The notes under the pieces are model-generated. The model searched no databases and had not been told where the DNA came from. It saw only the letters and a list, made by a program, of their open reading frames with translations. Shown here in pieces: positions 23,178 to 34,555 of a stretch of 64,000 nucleotides of DNA; position 1 is the stretch's first letter; each line of letters opens with the position of its first letter. The DNA is from Thecamonas trahens ATCC 50062 (taxonomy: Eukaryota; Protista; Apusomonadida), in NCBI RefSeq assembly GCF_000142905.1, contig NW_013657670.1, positions 514,411-578,410 on the forward strand, in the 5' to 3' direction. A program made the translations under genes and the position numbers.

Positions 23178-26100
23178 ATGTCTACGGAAGTGGCACAGGA
23201 GAGTGGCGCTGTGGCGCATGTTGTGACCAGCAGTGGTGGCGGTGGTAGCGGTGGTGGCGGTGGTGGTGGTGGTGGTGGTGGTGGTGGCAAGGGTGGTGAT
23301 CAGGGTGGTGATCATGGTGGAGACGGTGGGAATGGGCAAGAAGTGATGCAGACCAAGTCACTGCCTATGTTTACAGGAGTGTACATGCCTGTGTGTGAGA
23401 ACATGTGGGGAGTGCTCATCTTTCTTCGCTTCTCCCTCATTGTGGGTAAGGAGGGTGTTCTGGTCTCCCTCCTCGGTGTGGTGGCTCTCGCCTACACTGC
23501 TGTCCTCTTCACCACTCTCTCGCTCTCGGCGATCGTCTCTAATGAGCGTGGTACCTTTGGTCGCGGCGGTGCATATCGCCTCATCTCAAGAGCTCTCGGT
23601 GCTGAACTTGGTGGTGCTGTCGGTGTTATGTACTTTCTGGGCCTTATGTTTCTGGCGGTACTCGAAGTGCTCGGCACTGTCGAAGTCCTCATCGAGACTT
23701 TTCACGATGAGCTTCACTTTCCCGGCTCTGTCCAGCTCTTTGCCGTGGCCTTCTTCCTCCTCATCTCGGCCATGGTGTACGGCGGGACCAAGGTAGTGGC
23801 GCGACTGGGGGTGGTCTTTCTCTCGATTGTGGTTGCCTCGATGGCGTTGCTTGTCCTCGGTCTGCTCACCTCGGACAACTCGAGCACCGATCCGACTGCA
23901 CCGCATGTGGAGATTACCGGCATGTCCGGCGAGACGCTTTCGCGCAACCTCGGGCCGGCGGTTCCGGGCATTTCGAGCTACACGGCGATGCTCGCGCTCT
24001 TCTTCCCCTCGTTCACCGGCATTCTCTCGGGCGCCAACCGGGCCGAGGTGCTTGCCTCGCCCAAGACAGCTATTCCATGGGGCACGCTCGGAGCCATTAC
24101 CACCTCGCTCTGCATCTACTCGCTCATCATGATTCTCTGGGGCTCTGCTGTCCACAACGAGTACCTCCAGACGGCCAAGTTTATCATTGGCGACGTGCTG
24201 TTTCCGGTTGGCTGGCTCGCGCCACCGCTCATCATGCTCTCGTCGATGGCGCAGTCGCTGCAGATCATGATTGTGGCGCCCAAGGTGCTGCAGGCCATTG
24301 CGCACGACCGGATCATTCCATTCCTCGCGCCATTTGCCAAGCTCTCGCCGTCGGGCCAGGCTGTGCGTGCGCTGGCGCTCACGACCGGCCTCGCCATGGC
24401 AGCGTCGATGGTGGGCGACCTGGAGGTCATTGCCCCGATTCTCTCGCTCTGCTTCCTCCTCTGCTACTCGGCGCTCAACCTCTCGTGCTTTGTGCTCGAG
24501 CTCCTGCACGCGCCAGGGTGGCGCCCGCGGTGGCGGTACTTTCACTGGGGCACGGCGCTCGCCGGCTGCATCCTTTGCGTCATGCTCATGTTCCTTATGG
24601 CGTGGTACTGGGCCGTGGTTGTTTTTGCCATCTGGATTGCGCTCTACCTGTACATCAACTGGAAGGGCGTCGAGTCGTCGTGGGGCGACGGTCTCCGCGG
24701 CCTGGTCTACCAGCTCGCGCTCCGGTCGCTCCTCTCACAGGAGCTGGGCGCGCACTACTCGCGCAACTGGCGGCCGCAGCTTGTGGCGCTCATCGAGGTG
24801 ACGCCGCTGCAGCTGCAGGCGCTGCAGCAGAACGCGTCGGGAGCCGGGCACAACACGCCGGCGACCATCCTCTCTGCGCCGCACACGCCAGCCTCGCACG
24901 AGCTCGACTTTCACACTGCGCTCGAGCTCGAGTCCTCGTTCAACTCGTCGCTCGACGGCGTCCTCTCGGTGGCGGCGCAGCTGCGCAAGGGCAACGGGCT
25001 CTGCATCGTGACCGCGCTCATGGAGGGCCTCTACGCCGAGAACCAGGGCGCGTCGTCGTTCCTTGCCAAGTACATCCAGGACCAGATGGACTCGCACCAG
25101 CTCCGTGGCTTCCCGCAAGTTGTGGTCGGCCCTGCCTTCCTCCAGTCGCGCGACTACGTAATCCAGACCTCGGGCCTCGGTGGCCTCCAGCCAAACACGG
25201 TGCTGATGGAGTACCCGGAAGGCTGGCGCGAGGAGGCGCTCATCTCGTCGGCGGTCCAGTTTGTCGACTCGCTCATCTCGGTCTCGACCTCGGACAAAGC
25301 TGCGCTCATTCTCCGGAACCCGACCAAGGACTTTCCGTCGTCGTCGTCGACCTCGTCCAACGTGGCGCTCGAGACCGGGACCATCGACGTGTGGTGGATT
25401 CTCCACGACGGAGGCCTTCTCATCCTCCTCTCGTACCTCCTCCGCAAGCACGAAATCTGGGCTGGTTGCGCTCTCCGCATCTTTACGGTGGTGGAAGAGG
25501 GCGACGACTCTGAAGCCATCCACGCCGACCTGGTCAAGAAGGTCGAGTCGCTCCACATCGACGCCACCGTCGCCGTCGTCGTCCTCCCCAACGACTCGAT
25601 CCACCCGTACTCGGTCGACTGGATGTCGCGGGCCAAGGTGCATGAAAACTTTATGCGCGACCTCAACGTGACGGTCGAGGCGCTCCCGTCCGAGGTGCTC
25701 TCCATTGCAGAGACCGCCACCGCGCACCGCGGCCTGCGCTCCATCCCATCGACCGTCGACCTCGAGGCGCTGCGGCTGCCCAAGTTTGCACGGGCGCAGA
25801 ACGCGCAACTGGCGGCGACGCGCGCCGAGCCGGGTGCGTCGTATGGCTCGGGCGCCATCCAGTGGCAGCTCGAGGGTACGCCGTACACCTTTGAGCCCGA
25901 CGACTACGAGTACGGCGAGTACGAGTACGAGTACGGCGAGTACGACGAGGAGCAGGAGGCCAACGACGACTCGTCATCTTTCTGCTCCTACGACTCGTCG
26001 CTGCTGAGCTCGGACGAGCCGGAGGCCCAAGCCCCGGCCCCGGCAGCCGTCCACAACCCGCACGCCCCGCACCGCCCGTCGGGCCTCCGCCACTCGCACC

Positions 26101-26828
26101 GCCGCTCCGACTCGCCGTCGCTCTCGGCGTCGGCGCCGTCGTCGGCGCTCGGCGACACCCTCGGCCCGCTCCCGACCGACGACGACCTTGACCTCGACCA
26201 TGGCTCGCGCCGCCGTGGCTCGCGCAAGCCCCGCTCGCGCAAGCCCGTCTCGCGTGGCTCGCGCAAGACTGGCGCGCGCAGGGCGAGTGACACAGCAGGC
26301 AGCCTGCGCAAGCGGACTCGCTCGCGCTCCCGCTCGCGCTCGCGCTCTCGCTCGCGCTCGCGCTCGCGCTCCCGCTCCCACGGCGGGCCGCGCCGCCGCG
26401 GCGGTGCGGCTGCTGTGCCCGCACCGGCGCCGGCGGCGCTCCCGCGCATCCACCGGTCGTCGTCCGTGCTCTCGACAACGTCGACCAAGGGCGACACCGC
26501 GCAGTCGATCGACCTCCTCTCGCGGCAGCTCATGTCGATGAAGTCGATGGCCAACATGGGGGAGACCATCCAGCTCGAGTCGATCGAAGCGCTCCGCGAC
26601 GCCCATGGCGACTGGAGCAAGCTCAACAAGGCTATCCTCGCCCAGTCGCGGCAGGCCTCGCTTGTCCTCATCAACCTGCCCGACGTGTACCTCAACGACG
26701 AGCTCCTCACCCAGCGCCACACGAAGGACGTCATCACGTACATGAGCTACATCGAGGTACTCTCGTCCAACCTCAACCGCGTTCTCTTTGTCCACGGTAC
26801 CGGTAAGGAACTGGTTGGCTCGTTCTAG
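23178..26828 (+). CDS. Cation-chloride cotransporter (SLC12, KCC-like)
   Basis: GVYMPVCENMWGVLIFLR, AYRLISRALGAELGGAVG, FFPSFTGILSGANR, WRPRWRYFHW, NWRPQL, GTIDVWWILHDGGLL and terminal VLFVHGTGKEL. Confidence 0.92.
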   Translation: MSTEVAQESGAVAHVVTSSGGGGSGGGGGGGGGGGGGKGGDQGGDHGGDGGNGQEVMQTKSLPMFTGVYMPVCENMWGVLIFLRFSLIVGKEGVLVSLLGVVALAYTAVLFTTLSLSAIVSNERGTFGRGGAYRLISRALGAELGGAVGVMYFLGLMFLAVLEVLGTVEVLIETFHDELHFPGSVQLFAVAFFLLISAMVYGGTKVVARLGVVFLSIVVASMALLVLGLLTSDNSSTDPTAPHVEITGMSGETLSRNLGPAVPGISSYTAMLALFFPSFTGILSGANRAEVLASPKTAIPWGTLGAITTSLCIYSLIMILWGSAVHNEYLQTAKFIIGDVLFPVGWLAPPLIMLSSMAQSLQIMIVAPKVLQAIAHDRIIPFLAPFAKLSPSGQAVRALALTTGLAMAASMVGDLEVIAPILSLCFLLCYSALNLSCFVLELLHAPGWRPRWRYFHWGTALAGCILCVMLMFLMAWYWAVVVFAIWIALYLYINWKGVESSWGDGLRGLVYQLALRSLLSQELGAHYSRNWRPQLVALIEVTPLQLQALQQNASGAGHNTPATILSAPHTPASHELDFHTALELESSFNSSLDGVLSVAAQLRKGNGLCIVTALMEGLYAENQGASSFLAKYIQDQMDSHQLRGFPQVVVGPAFLQSRDYVIQTSGLGGLQPNTVLMEYPEGWREEALISSAVQFVDSLISVSTSDKAALILRNPTKDFPSSSSTSSNVALETGTIDVWWILHDGGLLILLSYLLRKHEIWAGCALRIFTVVEEGDDSEAIHADLVKKVESLHIDATVAVVVLPNDSIHPYSVDWMSRAKVHENFMRDLNVTVEALPSEVLSIAETATAHRGLRSIPSTVDLEALRLPKFARAQNAQLAATRAEPGASYGSGAIQWQLEGTPYTFEPDDYEYGEYEYEYGEYDEEQEANDDSSSFCSYDSSLLSSDEPEAQAPAPAAVHNPHAPHRPSGLRHSHRRSDSPSLSASAPSSALGDTLGPLPTDDDLDLDHGSRRRGSRKPRSRKPVSRGSRKTGARRASDTAGSLRKRTRSRSRSRSRSRSRSRSRSRSHGGPRRRGGAAAVPAPAPAALPRIHRSSSVLSTTSTKGDTAQSIDLLSRQLMSMKSMANMGETIQLESIEALRDAHGDWSKLNKAILAQSRQASLVLINLPDVYLNDELLTQRHTKDVITYMSYIEVLSSNLNRVLFVHGTGKELVGSF

Positions 26829-27463
26829 CTGTCGCCACTGCACGAGAGCGTCGCCTTGCCCTCGCGTTCTGCAACAAACCCAAGCCCAGCCTCACACATC
26901 TCACTCATAGCGGCAGCAAGCGCAGCGATGCGCTCGCAGCTTGCTCTGCCTGGCGGCAGATCGACCTCGGCGCGACCGCGCCTCGCATCAAGCACGCGCA
27001 CAATGTCGGCCACAACGCTATCATTGAGCGGGGCGTTGGCGAGCCGGACAATGTCGATGGAGTTGTCAGCAAATGGAAGAGCCTCGCCGCAGCCGAAGAT
27101 GACGTTGCCGACAAGCACGTTGCAGTTGACGGCCACCACGCTAACATCATCGTCAGAGCAACTGCGATCGCACGACTCTTCACCGCCGATGTCGATCGCC
27201 ACTGGTCCAACACCACAGCATGAGCGTATGTCCTCCCGGGTGAGCACCGCGTTGTACGGCATCAATCTCCTTCTCACTTCCTCTGAGCCGGCAAAGCACC
27301 CGCGAGCGACCAAGAGCCAGACCGCCGGCCCCGGCTGCAGCCGCTCCCTCAGGGCCGTCACACAAATTGCGCGCTTTGGTGGGCTTTGTTTTGCAGATGC
27401 ACCTGTTGGTGGGGGCGGGGGCTGAGGGGGCGGCGGAGTGAGAGTGCTTGTGGTGATGCCCAT
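26825..27463 (-). CDS. Small class I SAM-methyltransferase-like protein
   Basis: AIDIGGE (motif I-like), GEALPFADNSIDIV (motif II/III-like) and DIVRVL. Stands as its own gene once the helicase frameshift is corrected. Confidence 0.55.
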   Translation of the reverse strand: MGITTSTLTPPPPQPPPPPTGASAKQSPPKRAICVTALRERLQPGPAVWLLVARGCFAGSEEVRRRLMPYNAVLTREDIRSCCGVGPVAIDIGGEESCDRSCSDDDVSVVAVNCNVLVGNVIFGCGEALPFADNSIDIVRLANAPLNDSVVADIVRVLDARRGRAEVDLPPGRASCERIAALAAAMSEMCEAGLGFVAEREGKATLSCSGDS

Positions 27464-27549
27464 GGATGAGTGCTGGGTGTAGGCATGCGAGAGTGAGGTG
27501 TACGTACGCAGGGCCAGTTGCGTAGTGTGCAGGTGGTGTGATTAATGCT

Positions 27550-30500
27550 TTAGTTGCCACGCCCATACACATCGTCATCGTCCGAGTAGTAGTCGTCGTA
27601 GATGTCGGCAGCCATAGCGGCGAGGAGGTGCTGGGCACGAGCACGATCGGCGTCGCTGTCGCCGTTTTCGGCACCCGAGCCAAAGACGGCGTGGCGGCGA
27701 GGGCGCGGGCGGCGGTCATGGCGGCCTTTTGGTCGGCAAGCGCGGCAAAGTACGCGTCCATGCGATCGTTAATGGTCTTGGCGTGGACGGTGAGAAAGTC
27801 GGCCATCGAGGCCGAGCCGGCGCGCTGGAGGCGATCACAGAGGGCTGGGCGGAGGACGCCGGCGATTTTGTGGTCGTTGAGGACGAGGCGCGACTTGATG
27901 ACCTCGAGCATGGTCTTTGTGATGCTTGCGGGCGTGGCAGAGTCGAGCGGTTTGCCCATGCGCTTGAGCGTCTCTTCAACCCGGTCGACGAGCCAGGCGA
28001 CGCGGGCTGGGTCGCCGTCCGACGCATTGCCGCCATCAGCGGCGCATGCGGGTTGGAGCGTTGAGCTGAGGCTCGCAAACTGGGCGAGGATCGGCCCGTC
28101 TGTGGCAGCACGCGGGGCGTTGGCGACAGTGAGGTCGGCAGCAACGTTCGACTGGAGCTCGACAAGCGACTGGTCGAGGACGACGTCAAGCGGCGCGTTG
28201 GCCGGGAGCTCGAGAGCTTCGAGCGCGGCAGTGAGCTCGGCCGGCTTGGGGAGGTCGACGATGCCGCCGGACGAGTCAAAGGCTGATGAGAGCATGGCGC
28301 GGAGGGTGTTGATAGCTGAGAGAGCCGCGAGGCCGAGCGGCTTGGCAAAAGCGACCTTGCAGACCTTGCCTGAGCCGGCGGTGGTCGAGTCGAGCCAGTA
28401 GACCACGCCGACAATGGTGTCGCTCGCCAGGCCGCCAACCACGGCCTGTAGCTCCCAGCCACGGGAAATAGTGGTGAGGAGGATGCCGTCGTAGAGGGGG
28501 AGTGGCTCAAGGAGGGTGCAGCCGGTGGCGCGGAAGATGTCGGCCGAGTTGGTGCCCTGGATGGTGGCGGCGACGGCGCGGGCGGTCTTGGTCGAGGTGT
28601 CGACAAGGGCGTAGCCGGCGAGCGGCGAGCGGAAGTACGGGTAGACTTTGCCGGCGTCGGAGAAGCCGCCCATGGGGGCCCATGTGAGCTGCCAAGGCGA
28701 CATCGGCGGCTGGACGTCGACGGTCTTGGCCTTGCCGAGGACCATGCCAACGACGGAGGCCTTGGACGGGAGCTTCATCCGCCCGCGGCCATTGGCGAGC
28801 TGCAGCATGAGCTGCACCTCGAGCGCGAGCTTGGGCCGGGCATCCAGTTGATCGGCGGGTGGCGTCAGCGGAGCCGGAGGCTCCGGGAAGACCATGGCGT
28901 ACCAGCCCGAGCCGCGGTGGAGGGTAAAGTCGAGCGGAGGTCCATCGCCTTCGGCGACGAGCGCCGATTTGAGGTACGACTCGGAGGCCTCGGGCAGCGA
29001 GTTCCAGATGACGGTGCGCTCTGGCGGGAGGCCGCGGGCGAGGACAGCCGGTGCGATCTTGACGTTTTTGGGCGTCTTTGAGCCGCGGAGGTAGTTGAGC
29101 GGGAACGCGGCGGCGAGGAGGGCCTTGAGACGCGGGTCCGGGGCGACGCGGCCGGCGGCTGAGTTGTGGACGCGGAGCTTGGAGAGCGAGTAGACGGCGG
29201 CGCGGACAGAGCCCTGGGCGGGAAGGAAGGTCATAACCTTTGTGGCGATCTCCTTGACGAGGTTCTCCAGCTGCGAGATGCGCTTCCACGAGACGGCACG
29301 TGCGCGGCAAAAGCGGGCGAGTGCGGAGCGCTCGGTGCCGGGGCGGGCCTTGGCGCGCTTGGCGAGCCAGGAGCGGAAGAGGCGAAGGACAGCGATGGGC
29401 TCCGAGTAGGCGCCGGCATCGTACTTTGCGCGGTCGAGGAGCGATTCGTGCATGCGTGCGCGGAACTCGGCGAGCGACTTGAGGAAGAACGGCGAGGGGA
29501 GCGAGAAGACGTCCTGGATGGTGAGTGCGGCAGCCATGATGATGCCGTCGACCGGGAGGCCAAAGGTGACGCCGAGAAAGACGAGGCGGGCGTACTTCAG
29601 GTCGACCGGGAGGGCCATGGCCATGTGGCCGAGGATGGTGATCTCGGCGTCTTCGGCGCGCGAGCGCATGGCGCCCCAGGCATCGAGCTCCTCCAGGGCG
29701 CGGACGACACGTGACTCTGCGGGCGGGGTGATGATCTTGGCGAGGACGTCCTTGACAGAGCCGAGGCCGAGCTGGCGGATGCGGAGGACTAAGCGCTCGA
29801 GCGGCATGCGCTCGATGTCGGGCTTGCCGTACTCGGGCATGTAGTCTTCAAAGAAGAACTTGGGGTACATGCGGACAACAGTGCCGGGCGAGAGGCGGCC
29901 AGCGCGGCCGGAGCGTTGCTTGGCCGACGACTTTGCAGCCCATGAGCGGAGGAGGCAGGTCATGTTGGACTTGGGATCGTACTGGACCACCTTTTCGAGG
30001 CCGTAGTCGAGGACGGCGGTGAGGCCCGGGACGGTGATGGATGACTCGGCGATGTTGGTGGCGAGGACGACGTTGGTGGCGTCGAGCGGCGGGGCGTTGA
30101 AGGCGGCCTCCTGCTCGGCGCGCGGGATGGAGGAGTGAAGGACGACGAGGTTAAGAAGCGGCTTGGACTCGCGTCCGACGGTGCCCGAGTGGGTGAGCGC
30201 CGAGTAGACGTTGGCGTTCTGCTCAAACATGTCGTACAGCTCGGTGATAGCGCCGAGGCCGGGCAGAAAGATGAGAACGGCGGCGCCGGGCTCGGCGAGC
30301 GCCTCGACGACGCCGACGCCCGCGCGGAGGAGCGGGACAAGGACCTCGGGCTTGGCGAGGAGCGGCGGGACGCGAGCGTGGGAGACGTACGCTGGAGCGG
30401 CGGCCGGGCCAGGCTGGGCGAGAGTGGCAAAGGCAGCCTTGTCGGGCAGCGTCGCGCCAAACGACTTGCAGAAGGTCTTCAGGCCCTGGAAGAGCGAGGC

Positions 30501-33473
30501 ACGGGTAGCTTCATCGACCTCGACCTCGAAGAACGCGTCGTGTGGATCAAAGTCGGGCGCGGAGGCCGGAGCGACCGCGTCGCCGTCGCCATCCTCGTGG
30601 ACGACGATGGCACGCTCGACGTCGGCGAGATCGCAAATGGTGTCTAGGTAGACAACGCGCGAGGGGAAGCGGTGGACGCCGACAAAGACCTTGGGCGGGC
30701 GAGCGTCTGCCACCACGACGCGCTCGGTGGCGCCGGTCTCGGCGTTGGTTGTCTCGATGGGACGCATAAAGTAGTCGACAAAGACCTTGACGTCCATGGT
30801 GGCGGACATGAGGATGAGCTTGACACCGTACTGGCGGAGGTGGAGCTTGAGGACAAGCGTGAGGAGGTCCATGTCCAGGTCACGCTCGTGGACCTCGTCG
30901 AGGACGACGTGGGTGTAGTCTGCCAGCGCGTCCGGGTGGTGGACAAGGAGGGCGAGGAGGTAGCCGGTGGTGACAAAGGTGAGCGCAGTACGGCCGCGGG
31001 CGGCGGCGTGCTCGCCACCGATGCGGTAGCCGACTTCTGCGCCGAGGCGCGAGCCGCGCATGTTGGCGACGTGACGGGCGAGCGAGACGGCGGCGAGGCG
31101 GCGCGGCTGGGTGACGATGATACGGGCTTCCGGGTGGGCGTCGAGGATAAACTGCGGGACCATGGTCGACTTGCCGCACCCGGTCTCGCCCTCGATGCAC
31201 ACGATCTGCTGGGAGTCGATGAGCTGGACAATGTGGTCGCGATGTGCCGAGACCGGAAGGCCCTCGCCCATGGCCTTGAGCTGGGCGAGCTCGTCTACCG
31301 ACGGCGGCGCGGCGGCGGCGCGGGCAGCGGCCTCCGAGGCGGCGGCGGCGGCGGCGGTGGCGGCGGCCTCGACGGACTCGGCGTAGTAGTCGAGCGTCGG
31401 CTGCGCGAGGCCGGTGAGTGCGGTTTGGAAGACGTCGCGGAGCTCGGGGCATTCCATAGCCTCGGCGGCGTCAAAGCCTTCGGCGGCGAGTGCGGCGTAG
31501 AAAGCGAGCGTGGAGAGGACAGACGAGGGGCGGGGGAACGATGCCGTTGGAAGGCCGATGAGACGGGCGAGAGCCTTGACGTACTTGTAGACGAGCTGAA
31601 GCCAGGCAAAGATAGAGACCGCGCGGAGGGCTGGGCGGTCAGCGCCGGGCGTGAGGCCCTCCTCAGCCTCGAGCGCAGCGAGGTAGCTGGCGGCGCGAGA
31701 CGACGACGAGCGGGCGGCGACCATGGCAGTAGCGATGCGAGCGAGCTCGTCCATCGAGAGGCCGACGCGTGAGCCGAGAACAGCGATGACGCGAACGAGA
31801 GTGGTAAAGTAGTAGCCGGAGAGGACTTGCGGCTCGTCCGTGGTCGGCGGGACCTGGCGGGTGCCCTGCGAGGTGGCGACGGCAATAAAGTACTCAAAGA
31901 AAGCGGCCGAGAGGTCAAACGAGATGCGCGGGGCGCGGACAAGAGCGAGGAGCGGGCCGTCGAGAGCGGCGTGTGGGATGCCGGCGGCGGTGAGCGGAGC
32001 AAAGAAGGTCTGCGAAAAGTGCGAGGCAATGACCGACCAGCGCTCGCGCGCAACCATGCGGACGTTATCACCGATGCGGACAAACTCGGCGACGGCCGGC
32101 AGGCCGCACCAGCCGCCGAGGACGATCTCGTAAAATACCAGCCGGAGCGGGGCGACGAGGTCGGTGGCGGAGAGCTGCGAGGCCTGCAGCGTCTCCAGAG
32201 GAAGCGAGCACCAGGCCTCGCCACGGAGGGCGACGGTGCGGGCCCACGAAGGGACAGTGCCGGCGGCGAGTGCGTCGAGGACGGCAGGCGGGACGCCGGA
32301 AATACCGGTGGCAACAGTGGTGACGGCAGCATCCTGCTCGGGCGAGGCCTGCGGCTGGACGTACGAGGTGACCGACGAGCCGTAGAATGAGCGGGCGTAG
32401 GTGATGGCGCGGCAGACGTCGCCGTCACGATGCATGAGGTCGACCAAAACAGGCGCAGCCTCGAGCTGCGGCGACGGGAGCGCCATGAGCCAGCCCGAAG
32501 CCTCGGCCGGCGCAACCCATGTCCGCTTCTCGGAGCGGTGGTAGTCTTTGAGTCCAAGCATGCCCGGCAAGTTGTAGCGGTGGACAAAGTGCGAGGAAAA
32601 GTCGTCGCCAAGGACGATGGCGACCTCGATGAGGGCGTCGACCGAGTCGCCGAGGCCAAGGCTGCGGGCGACGCGGATCGGCTCGATGAGCCAGCCCTCG
32701 AGAGGCAAGCTGGGATCAGCCACCGCCGCCGCCAAGTTGAGCCAGGGCAGCGGGAGGTAGCGAATGGGCCCCGCCATGACGGCAAAGTCAGTGTCAAAGC
32801 CGAGGATGGCAGCGACGGCGCCGGGCGCGGCGGCCTCGGCCGTCCGCATGACATCGGCCATGATCGGATCGGCCTCGCCGTCGCAGCTCACAATAGTGAC
32901 GTGGTCCATGCCCGCCAGCGCTTCGAGCGCCTCCTCCTTCATCAGCGGCGGCTTTGTCCACGGCAGGCCGATGGGCGAGGAGTAGCCTGCCAGGGCGGCC
33001 ATGGCCGCGGCCATGTCGGCAATGCCCTCGTTCATCCGCGAGATCCATGCGTTCCGCTTGGCAACAACGCCGTTTGTTGACGACAGCGAGCCGCGATCAG
33101 CACCCGTGGCACCGGCCGCACCTGCAGCGGCGGCAGCCTTGAGCGATGACGCCGAGGCCGAGCCCCGAGATCCGTCCATGTACAGCTCGACATCAAAGCC
33201 ACGACGAGTAAGAGCATCAAGGGCATGTGTGAGCGCAGGGCCAACGATGGCATAATCAACGCCAAGGAGAGCCAAGTACTTGAGACCGCCAGCATCGGCA
33301 CGTTCTCGCAGAGCGCCTTGCACGACATGGAAGATGAAGCCAAGTCCGTCGACCAGGAGTCGTGGACGATGGCTTGCATCATCACTCGCGTCCGTCGCCA
33401 CCTCGGCCTTCCACTCTACAGCCACGGTGCTTTGTTTCTCTTGCAGGTATGTCCATAGTCCGCGAATGCCCAT
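27550..33473 (-). CDS. Asteroid/ASTE1-like PIN (XPG/FEN1-type) nuclease fused to a Spindle-E/TDRD9-like DEAH-box RNA helicase
   Basis: N-terminal MGIRGL, LLVDG, YMDG, GEAD, DTDF and GDDF nuclease motifs. Helicase motifs GETGCGKST, TQPRRLAA, DEVHERD, MSAT, ATNIAESSIT and QRSGRAGR. The true C-terminus is probably ...YSDDDDVYGRGN* (stop 27550) after a 1-nt loss near 27727-27730. Confidence 0.85.
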
Positions 33474-34087
33474 GTTGTGCAGGAGGGGTACGGTGCGGTG
33501 CGGTGCGACGCGGTTCGGCGTGGTGCGGTCCGGTGACGGCTGGTGTCGTCACCTGGGATGGATCCGAGTTGAGTTCGTGTGGCGGGGCGCTGCCGGCTCT
33601 GGTCATGATGTGATGGTTGTTGGCTAGATCGGGAATGAACAGAGAGTCGAGAAGGGTCGGGAAGGGTTGGAGAGGTAAAGCAGGGTGGCAAGGGTGGTAG
33701 AGACAGCGGGGAGGATGAGGAGGAAAAGAAGGCTTGGAGATTTGTGGAGAACTGTGATCAAATCGCGAAACGTCGATCTGTGATCAATCGTCTTTTCTGC
33801 GCAGCCTCTGACGTGCAGATATTTGCTTGTATTTCAGACCGATCTCGTTGCATTCTCTTCTTGCACCTCCCGCCACACCAGCAACACCTTTGCGCTCACT
33901 CATGTACAACCTTCTAGGTTGTTTGTTGAGCGGTGCTTGCGTAGGATGGCATTGTGGCGCACTCGGACGTCGGGCGAAATTCTTGTCAGCCCAAGTGGCA
34001 GGTGGCGACTGCGGCTGGTGGGGGGGGGGGTCAGGGATAGGGCCTTTGGGAGGGGGGTACACTCGACTGGCAAGGTAGTCAGCAAGT

Positions 34088-34555
34088 ATGGTGCGCAAGG
34101 CACGTATGGTGGACAAGGTAGACGCTGTGCTTGCAGTCCCACTCAAGGCGTTCAACGTCCCGCTGGTCAAGTTCAAGGTCCCGCGAGTGGAGCGGCCGTC
34201 GACCACGGTGGTCTTTGCCCTGCTCTTCATCTCGTATGTGGTTGTCCTCTCGGGCGTCATCTACGACGCCATCATCGGGCCGCCGGCCTTTGGTACCGAG
34301 CAGGATGCTAATGGTGTTGTCCGGCCGGTCACCTTTCTCAAGTACCGCATCAATGGCCAGTACATTATCGAGGGCATGACGTCCGGCATGGTGTACGGCC
34401 TCGGCGCCGCTGGCTTTATCCTCATCGAGATCGCACGCTCGTCCTCGGGCACCCCGCGCCTGGCTATGCTCGGCGCAGGTATGGCTGCCATCGTCCTCGC
34501 CTTCTTCCTCTCCATCCAGTTTATCCGCATGAAGATCCCGGGCTACCTCCGCTGA
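34088..34555 (+). CDS. OSTC: Oligosaccharyltransferase complex subunit OSTC/DC2
   Basis: GVIYDAIIGPP, RPVTFLKYRINGQYIIEG, three TM segments and terminal MKIPGYL. Start at 34088 or 34106. Confidence 0.9.
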   Translation: MVRKARMVDKVDAVLAVPLKAFNVPLVKFKVPRVERPSTTVVFALLFISYVVVLSGVIYDAIIGPPAFGTEQDANGVVRPVTFLKYRINGQYIIEGMTSGMVYGLGAAGFILIEIARSSSGTPRLAMLGAGMAAIVLAFFLSIQFIRMKIPGYLR

